DNA of 54,430 bases. It comes from a virus. Lineage: Duplodnaviria > Caudoviricetes. The notes below the pieces were generated by a model that did no database searches, was not told where the DNA came from, and saw only the letters and a list, made by a program, of their open reading frames with translations. Positions 48,669 through 54,430 of this stretch are shown piece by piece. How positions within the stretch are numbered: position 1 is the stretch's first letter; each line of letters starts with the position of its first letter. Location: the IMG/VR virus record IMGVR_UViG_3300020182_003422, positions 1 through 54,430 of that record; one strand, 5' to 3'. The position numbers were made by a program, and so were the translations under genes.

Positions 48669-49250
48669 ATAACCACTAATTACCCTGCACTGCTTCTTTG
48701 TAAACTCCTCAGCTTCCTCGCTCCACTTCCTGTTCTCTTTAACGTATTCAACGCAAATGACGCCGATTATTTTGCCATTTAGGGTCTTAATTGGTCTAGC
48801 AAACATACTTTTGACTCCTTTATTCATAAGAAAAGCTCTAAAGGAAAAGTCCCCCTTGTAGCTGTCAACATCAATACATTCAAATGTTTTTTCTTGAGCT
48901 ATTGGCTCCATCATTCCATGTAAATTGGAAATTCTTAAGTTCTGCAGATTCTGGCATTCAACGCTTATTCCATCTCCTACGATTTCATATGTGCAACTAA
49001 GCTTTTGCTGACCTCTGCCCGAGAAATACTGATCTCCGTTGTGGAATTCTAATATGTAAGCCCTATCCGCAGAAGTTTCATTAGCTATATACTGCAAGGC
49101 GGTAATTATATTACTATGGGAAGCGGGGTCATAATTTAATTGTTTATGTTTTTTTTCGTCAAGTTTAAACTTTATCCAGACTCCTAATACCGCAGTTGCA
49201 GCAGAGATGAGGCCAGTAAGCACGCTAATTATGTCTAATCCATTATTCAT
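48660..49250 (-). CDS. Single-TM plus GAF-fold protein, T4 holin T-like architecture
   Basis: N-terminal TM helix, then ADRAYILEFHNG...GVKSMFARPIKTLNGKIIGVICVEY GAF pattern. Confidence 0.65.
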   Translation of the reverse strand: MNNGLDIISVLTGLISAATAVLGVWIKFKLDEKKHKQLNYDPASHSNIITALQYIANETSADRAYILEFHNGDQYFSGRGQQKLSCTYEIVGDGISVECQNLQNLRISNLHGMMEPIAQEKTFECIDVDSYKGDFSFRAFLMNKGVKSMFARPIKTLNGKIIGVICVEYVKENRKWSEEAEEFTKKQCRVISGYLI

Positions 49251-49513
49251 TTTCTATTAATGATATACGCCAAAACAGAAGAGAATAGAAATACAAAAAA
49301 TAAAATAATAAAAAACCACATAACAGGGCCTTCGTAATCGTAAGGTTCAGGTTTTAAACCTTGATATTCACTGATAGAAATCATTAAATCATTGTTCTTG
49401 TCTATATCATTAAACTCAGAAGAAGCAGCTGGCTCGGGTGCTGGATTTGATCTAAAGTTCTTGCTAGGGCTGCAAGAGCATAGCAAAAACGTTACAAAAA
49501 ACAAACACCTCAT
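49247..49513 (-). CDS. Lipoprotein with an EF-hand-like loop and a C-terminal TM helix (u-spanin-like topology)
   Basis: Start reassigned to MRCLFFVTFLLCSC (ATGA overlap at 49510-49513). DKNNDLMISISE loop and WFFIILFFVFLFSSVLAYII TM. Confidence 0.6.
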   Translation of the reverse strand: MRCLFFVTFLLCSCSPSKNFRSNPAPEPAASSEFNDIDKNNDLMISISEYQGLKPEPYDYEGPVMWFFIILFFVFLFSSVLAYIINRK

Positions 49514-49944
49514 CTTCTTTTGCTTGGAATAGCATAAAAGCCCACAACCATGAAGCATAGATCCATAAAGGAGGCGAGCATCAATCCCCCTGTCATTTGA
49601 ACCATCTCCCAATCCTTGCCTCCGAATATCCAACTAAAGAATCCCCACTTTGCTCCGTCGCCTTTTGGGACAACAACATTATATACTATGTGAGGATTCA
49701 TTGCATAATATATCATTAAAAAACACATCGTAAAAGTGATACTCATAAACAAAATTCTCCTTGTCACCTTCACAAAAGGATCGCTCGAGTTTTTATTTTG
49801 ACCTTCAATTAATGCTTGCAGCATTTTATCGTCCCTAGCCGCCAAAGCTAATTGATCCTGTCTTTTTTGATCCAACCAAGAATTAATTAGGTTGCAGGCG
49901 AGTTTTATACCCGCTCCAATAATTGTATTAATGATTGGGCCCAT
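49510..49944 (-). CDS. Holin-like membrane protein
   Basis: 144 aa with an amphipathic N-terminus, two TM segments and a basic C-terminus. GTGTA 9 nt upstream. Confidence 0.55.
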   Translation of the reverse strand: MGPIINTIIGAGIKLACNLINSWLDQKRQDQLALAARDDKMLQALIEGQNKNSSDPFVKVTRRILFMSITFTMCFLMIYYAMNPHIVYNVVVPKGDGAKWGFFSWIFGGKDWEMVQMTGGLMLASFMDLCFMVVGFYAIPSKRR

Positions 49945-50000
49945 GCATATATATACACTTGTTAAATTTTAAAAATATTTATTTCAGTGTAATATACTGC

Positions 50001-50195
50001 ATGTCACAAAAGTCAATACTCAAATTGTTAAGCGAAAATTTAAACTCATATCAATCTACATGCTGGCTAAAAGCAGAAAATGCGCACCTAAATGGGTCGA
50101 GCCCTGCCGAAATGATGATGGAAAACCAGACGGACAAGGTTATTAAGATTCTTCCTGGAGAAATAAAAAGAATCAAAGGCAAAAAGAAAAAGTAG
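50001..50195 (+). CDS. Stand-alone Xre/MbcA/ParS antitoxin C-terminal-like domain (64 aa)
   Basis: WLKAENAHLNGSSPAEMM...DKVIKIL fits WLxxPxxxLxGxxPxxL. The start at 50001 is 9 nt after GTGTA. Confidence 0.55.
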   Translation: MSQKSILKLLSENLNSYQSTCWLKAENAHLNGSSPAEMMMENQTDKVIKILPGEIKRIKGKKKK

Positions 50196-50357
50196 CTAGC
50201 TCAGACTTAAGGGCAAAGGGATCCATTTAATCTATTAAAGTTATTAAAAGATGATTGCAGAAATTCTGCACAATATATTTTATTCTTATATTTTATTCTT
50301 ACATGAAATTAATTTTCATTTAACTTGATTTTATTTTTATATATATTATAATCATTA

Positions 50358-50582
50358 ATGAGCAGCCAATTAACAAAAATAAGCGTCTTACTGTTATTGT
50401 TTTATATGGGGTGGTTCATGTGGGAGCAGAATAAAGTAGTTAAAAAGCAGAAGCAACAAATCGAAACAATGAGTAAGCAATTGTTTTATGATGCTTTAAT
50501 AATAAACACATACCAAAACTATAACAACCAATACAACAGATACGACAATCCTATTAAAAATAAAAATTTAAAAACCCAGTAA
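50358..50582 (+). CDS. Small membrane-anchored protein
   Basis: N-terminal TM plus a short coiled coil. TTGATT-16-TATAAT promoter at 50325-50352. Confidence 0.6.
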   Translation: MSSQLTKISVLLLLFYMGWFMWEQNKVVKKQKQQIETMSKQLFYDALIINTYQNYNNQYNRYDNPIKNKNLKTQ

Positions 50583-50600
50583 ATATTATAATATATAAAT

Positions 50601-50912
50601 ATGACAGATCAAAACAATCAAAATACAGAGTCCCAAACTGAAGAAGTGTCGGCTGAGCGCCAAAATGCTACAGTCATTATCGCGAATGAGTTCTTGTCGA
50701 GAGCTACTCTTGGAGAAGCTTTATCTCAAGTATCATTAAACGCGCTGATTCAATTATCACAAAATAAAGCCTTTGACCAAGCAAAACAGCAAGTCGCGGA
50801 ATTGAAAGATGAGCAAGTTGAAGAATTACTCGCCGAAGCCACCAAGAAGGCCGAAGAAGTTGCAGAACAAGCAGTAAATGAAGTTACCCCTTCAACCGAA
50901 GTAACGAGCTAA
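50601..50912 (+). CDS. Hypothetical acidic helical protein
   Basis: 103-aa ORF with TATAAT 8 nt upstream. Confidence 0.65.
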   Translation: MTDQNNQNTESQTEEVSAERQNATVIIANEFLSRATLGEALSQVSLNALIQLSQNKAFDQAKQQVAELKDEQVEELLAEATKKAEEVAEQAVNEVTPSTEVTS

Positions 50913-51198
50913 GAATTTGATTTAAATTGTTGCAGGCAATACGATCTGTAATAATATTGAAGCCCGGTGCAGTTCCAATGCTGTATCCGGGCTCTTTTTC
51001 GTTTGGGGTAATCAGTTGAGAAACAAAATCGTGAGCTCCGTAATTTTTTATCCAAGTCCAGTATTGACTACGAGTACCTTCTGGGCATAACAATAAAATA
51101 TCATCAAAAATATAAGTTTTTGCGTACAATGTAACATCGCGAAAGCACGAAATTTCACTAGGCGGTTCTGTTAAGCAAGACTCTATAATTAATTGCAT
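50884..51198 (-). CDS. Hypothetical protein
   Basis: Likely start MQLIIESCL (51198), 2 nt after the upstream stop. Confidence 0.6.
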   Translation of the reverse strand: MQLIIESCLTEPPSEISCFRDVTLYAKTYIFDDILLLCPEGTRSQYWTWIKNYGAHDFVSQLITPNEKEPGYSIGTAPGFNIITDRIACNNLNQILSSLLRLKG

Positions 51199-51200
51199 TC

Positions 51201-54119
51201 TTAATGAAGTGCACCGCAACAACAGCGCCTAGTTTTTACTTTTAAATCTGGAGAGGCGTTTAATTGCCCTCCGGAAGAGAACGTTTGTGCAGAAATGAAA
51301 GCTTGAAGGCTTGCGTATTGACTTCGCTGGGCGGAAGTTAATTTATTGTAGTAATAATGTGTCCAAAACTCTGCACTCGAATATCCCGTTAAAAGTGGAG
51401 TTGGCTGAGCGTAAACATAGTTGACACTATAACCTAAATCTTGTAATGCCGCGAGAGTTAGTTTTGAAATTGGGGCATTATCGTAGTCGTAAAAGGGGCT
51501 CATTATTTCTCTTCCAAAAGTTGGATTAATTTTATTACCAGATCTTTTTGCATATTCAGCAAAATGCCCTCCATAATCTATGGAAAATAAGGTATTTTCT
51601 GTACCAGTTTCCTGGACAGGTACTCCGTCTGTATATAAATCGTTCCGGTGTTGACCAATATCATTGATCTGAAAACTGTAAGTTAATGGATTATAAACTT
51701 CAATTTGAGTGGCAGCATCTACTGCTGCTTTATATTCTCTTAAAACATTAGCTCCAGTATATTGAGCTCCATATTGATCTGTTTTTATGAATTGATATCT
51801 ATCGCCGTAATTACCTACTGTATTCCCAGATCCATAACTGCCACTCCAATTCCACATCGTTCCAAGCCCTAAACCATGCGCAATTTCATGAAGTACGACA
51901 TAAAATAATCCGGTAGCTCCGCTTACGACTGGATTGTTTATAAGAGTATTCCCCTGGGCACCCACCCCATACAGATCTTCGGTATCAAGAAAGACAGCCA
52001 TTTTAGTTATTCTAGCATATTGATAATTTAAGCCATACGGCTCTGAGAATTCGTTCAAGGGGCCAGCGGAAGCGAGAACGCCTCCCACACCAATACTTCT
52101 CGATTGTGGTAAAACATGAACATCAATATCCATACGTGTTGTGATAATTTTCTCCCAATATCTTGCAGCCATTTCTATTTGAACTTTTTCTTCAACCGCT
52201 AAATCTATCATGTAATCAACATTAAGCCTAAGCCCTTGTGAAGCTTGTCCATGAGCGGGAAGGAATTTATGTTCAGGCGTGAGATCGGCACTTCTGATCC
52301 AGTAATTATTTTCTTCTTTAATAGATCCGTCTTGATTCTTTTCATTAGGCCAATCGACAGGGGGATTTCCCGCAGGAGTGATGATTTTGCTTTTCCAAAT
52401 TCCTGAATTAAATCTAACATATTGATTCGGCTGATAACTAGCCTGTCCATCGTAGTTACTCCAGTCTGTCCAAAAACGAGTGTTTCTCCAACCGTAATGA
52501 AGCATAGAGCGCCGATAGTGAGAATGATTACTTTGACCTTCCACGAATAGACTACCATAGCCATTCCAAGGTATTGCATTATAATCATTTCCATCATCTC
52601 TCCATTTAAAATTCTGGCAGGCAGTCCAACTTTTTTTATGTGCGACTCTTCCCTTTAAATAAAAACCCATATCAAAACCATCTGGGAAGCCGTAGTTAGC
52701 ATTATTCATATAGTAATCGTGCTTTGTGTAGTGTTTTTCCTCCCAAAATTCAATCGCGTCGGCTTTCCTACTTGCAATGCCGGAAGTTGTATTCGAGCTT
52801 CCTGATGCAAATTCCACGCCTCCGTCTTCATTCACTACTTGGTAGCTGACGATTCCCATATTACCTTCATGGCGTTCGATATGATATTTCAGCGCATTAC
52901 CTGCGCACACTTCAAAATAACCCTGGCCATGATTAACTGCATCTGAATACCAAGTTATAATATCAGTCGAGATACCATTAGACTCGCTCGTCTTTATCAT
53001 CCAGGTTTGTTCGTACATTCCATCCCAACTTCCATGAGTATCTGCAGCAAATTTAATATCCTTATTACTTACTAAAATTCTTTCAGCTGAATCTGTAATG
53101 TCTATTCCGGGATCAACTAATTTTAATTTATGATTTTCTTCATCAGAAAGGTTCATGTTAAGATCCAAATGAGCATCATCAAACAGCTCTCCTTGGCCTA
53201 TGGCAAAACGATTCGTTCTGTTGTAAAAGTCATACGGCTGAGAAAAGGCCCCAAATCCATAGGGGTATTTATGGAAAACAATTTTTTCAAGATTATATAA
53301 ATACGCCTCCTTGAATATTTTTGTCCTCGCTTCGCTGGGAATAGGATCAACAAACATCCAAGAATTATCCCTATACCAGGCGCTATTCGTTTGAGCAGTA
53401 TCCCAAACCCAATACGTTGCTGACGTAGTTCCGACTTGATCCTCAGCGCCTAGTTCTGTGCTAAATCCGCTAGGGCTTTGGCCAAGCGGTGTATTAAAAA
53501 ATCTCCATGGGCCATCTCTTTGTGGAGAAATAGATACGGAAATACCTCCCCAAATGCCCCCACTCGCCGAGCCCATAGATGGTTTGATAAACCACGACAA
53601 ATCAATCCACGCATTTACACTAAAAGTATAGACAGGAAGACTAACAGCTTCTACTTCTGGCAATTGTGGTATATAAAATACATCTCTTGTTGGATTACCT
53701 CTTGATGCAAAAGATGTTGTGCTTGAATCCTGATAATAAGAACGAACGGTATAAGTCACCCAACGTCCGTTGCCGTTATAAATAGCGCCGGTATTTTCAT
53801 GATGCTGAGGCGCGGAGAAAACTTCTGTAGTGTGATTTTGTCTAGGCTCGTTTAAGGTCGACCAAGGTAGGCCGGAAAAAATAGGTATTTGATCATGCTC
53901 CCAAGCTTCATAACCTGCTTTAGCTTCATAAAGCTCGCTCATCGAGTGAGGCTTAATAAAATCCCCTTGCCCAAGAGTCGCTCCATTATTCTCGCAAACC
54001 TCAAATAAAGAACTTACGGTATATTTTGGGCTAAAATTCCCCTGAAATCTGTCGTTCAACCATAGGGTAAACTCCCCGATTCCAATTGAACCATCATTTG
54101 GACCTTTGAATTTAGCCAT
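51201..54119 (-). CDS. Large multidomain protein with a C-terminal leishmanolysin (M8)-like zinc metalloprotease and a CBM5/12-like module
   Basis: VVLHEIAHGLG, GGHFAE, EIMSP (Met-turn), PISKLTLAALQDLGY, and YQPNQYVRFNSGIWKSK. Confidence 0.75.
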   Translation of the reverse strand: MAKFKGPNDGSIGIGEFTLWLNDRFQGNFSPKYTVSSLFEVCENNGATLGQGDFIKPHSMSELYEAKAGYEAWEHDQIPIFSGLPWSTLNEPRQNHTTEVFSAPQHHENTGAIYNGNGRWVTYTVRSYYQDSSTTSFASRGNPTRDVFYIPQLPEVEAVSLPVYTFSVNAWIDLSWFIKPSMGSASGGIWGGISVSISPQRDGPWRFFNTPLGQSPSGFSTELGAEDQVGTTSATYWVWDTAQTNSAWYRDNSWMFVDPIPSEARTKIFKEAYLYNLEKIVFHKYPYGFGAFSQPYDFYNRTNRFAIGQGELFDDAHLDLNMNLSDEENHKLKLVDPGIDITDSAERILVSNKDIKFAADTHGSWDGMYEQTWMIKTSESNGISTDIITWYSDAVNHGQGYFEVCAGNALKYHIERHEGNMGIVSYQVVNEDGGVEFASGSSNTTSGIASRKADAIEFWEEKHYTKHDYYMNNANYGFPDGFDMGFYLKGRVAHKKSWTACQNFKWRDDGNDYNAIPWNGYGSLFVEGQSNHSHYRRSMLHYGWRNTRFWTDWSNYDGQASYQPNQYVRFNSGIWKSKIITPAGNPPVDWPNEKNQDGSIKEENNYWIRSADLTPEHKFLPAHGQASQGLRLNVDYMIDLAVEEKVQIEMAARYWEKIITTRMDIDVHVLPQSRSIGVGGVLASAGPLNEFSEPYGLNYQYARITKMAVFLDTEDLYGVGAQGNTLINNPVVSGATGLFYVVLHEIAHGLGLGTMWNWSGSYGSGNTVGNYGDRYQFIKTDQYGAQYTGANVLREYKAAVDAATQIEVYNPLTYSFQINDIGQHRNDLYTDGVPVQETGTENTLFSIDYGGHFAEYAKRSGNKINPTFGREIMSPFYDYDNAPISKLTLAALQDLGYSVNYVYAQPTPLLTGYSSAEFWTHYYYNKLTSAQRSQYASLQAFISAQTFSSGGQLNASPDLKVKTRRCCCGALH

Positions 54120-54120
54120 T

Positions 54121-54430
54121 TTATTTTTTTATTTCGTTTTCGTATTTTTTATCAAAATCGAATTCTGGCTCTTTGGAGTTGTATGCAGTGATCGCAGCTA
54201 TAATAGCAGCAATTATAGCAAATCCAATTAAAATCACTGAAGACTTCTTTTTTGGGGCCTTAGGCTCTGGCTCGGGTTTCGGCTCGGGTTTCGGCTCGGG
54301 TTTCGGCTCGGGTTTCGGCTCTGGCTTAGGCTCGGGTTTCGGCTCGGGATGCTCTCCTTTGATTAGTTTTTCAACATCAATTATGCCATAACCCCAGTTA
54401 TTATCTTTGCCAATTTCGCCTTTATCTTTT
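54121..54430 (-). CDS. C-terminus of a probable subtilisin-like (S8) protease with a PEPK stalk and TM anchor (5' end outside window)
   Basis: Not in the track. Reads KDKGEIGKDNNWGYGIIDVEKLI-(PEPK)n-KKKSSVILIGFAIIAAIIAAITAY...KK*, in frame to TAA at 54123-54121. Confidence 0.7.
   Translation of the reverse strand, partial: KDKGEIGKDNNWGYGIIDVEKLIKGEHPEPKPEPKPEPKPEPKPEPKPEPKPEPEPKAPKKKSSVILIGFAIIAAIIAAITAYNSKEPEFDFDKKYENEIKK
54260..54348 (-). repeat. 12-bp tandem repeat encoding PEPK
   Basis: ggctcgggtttc repeated about 7 times with variants. Confidence 0.9.

Noticed and set aside
50196-50357. tRNA or ncRNA in the intergenic gap
   Set aside because: AT-rich with no cloverleaf or T-loop motif. 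Largely explained by a promoter region.
54173-54391. Plus-strand GSGF-repeat ORF
   Set aside because: Antisense reading of the PEPK repeat. The minus frame gives a coherent subtilase C-terminus with a TM anchor.
1-54430. Alternative genetic code or stop-codon recoding
   Set aside because: Conserved genes are full length in the standard code, and TAA, TAG and TGA all terminate genes at sensible positions.
1-54430. Bacterial chromosome, or prophage with flanking host DNA
   Set aside because: Host-like genes are interleaved with portal, terminase and capsid genes and share the same promoter motifs. No integrase, att site or housekeeping operon was seen.

Overview
This AT-rich window is a segment of a large dsDNA tailed-phage (Caudoviricetes) genome with no cellular housekeeping context. 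The host is probably marine PVC-superphylum (Verrucomicrobiota/Planctomycetota); this is inferred from a DUF1549/DUF1553 + DUF1501 gene pair and a TorF-like porin. Minus strand, 1-6635: a long modular tail-fibre gene that runs off the left edge, and the portal. Plus strand, 6730-37921: RecA, DnaB, primase and nucleases, a nine-gene glycan-biosynthesis cluster ending in gmd-fcl, Hsp20, a porin, a ribonucleotide reductase whose beta subunit has class Ic (Mn/Fe) signature residues, the PVC gene pair, a three-part Pol III alpha (PHP / exonuclease / polymerase) and ClpC. Minus strand, 37902-49944: major capsid protein, prohead protease/scaffold, large terminase, ERCC4 nuclease, a Cys-rich sigma factor and a candidate lysis cassette. 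The right end has an orphan Xre/MbcA/ParS-like antitoxin domain and two proteases. The main signal not explained by gene calls is a two-tier promoter system of mostly leaderless genes. Host sigma70-type promoters precede the replication genes and the phage sigma gene. A recurring GTGTA motif, most often exactly 9 nt before the start codon, precedes virion and lysis genes and also the DUF1549/DUF1501 operon, clpC and the antitoxin-like gene. A sigma54-type promoter precedes Hsp20. All product calls come from motif recognition by eye, not database searches.
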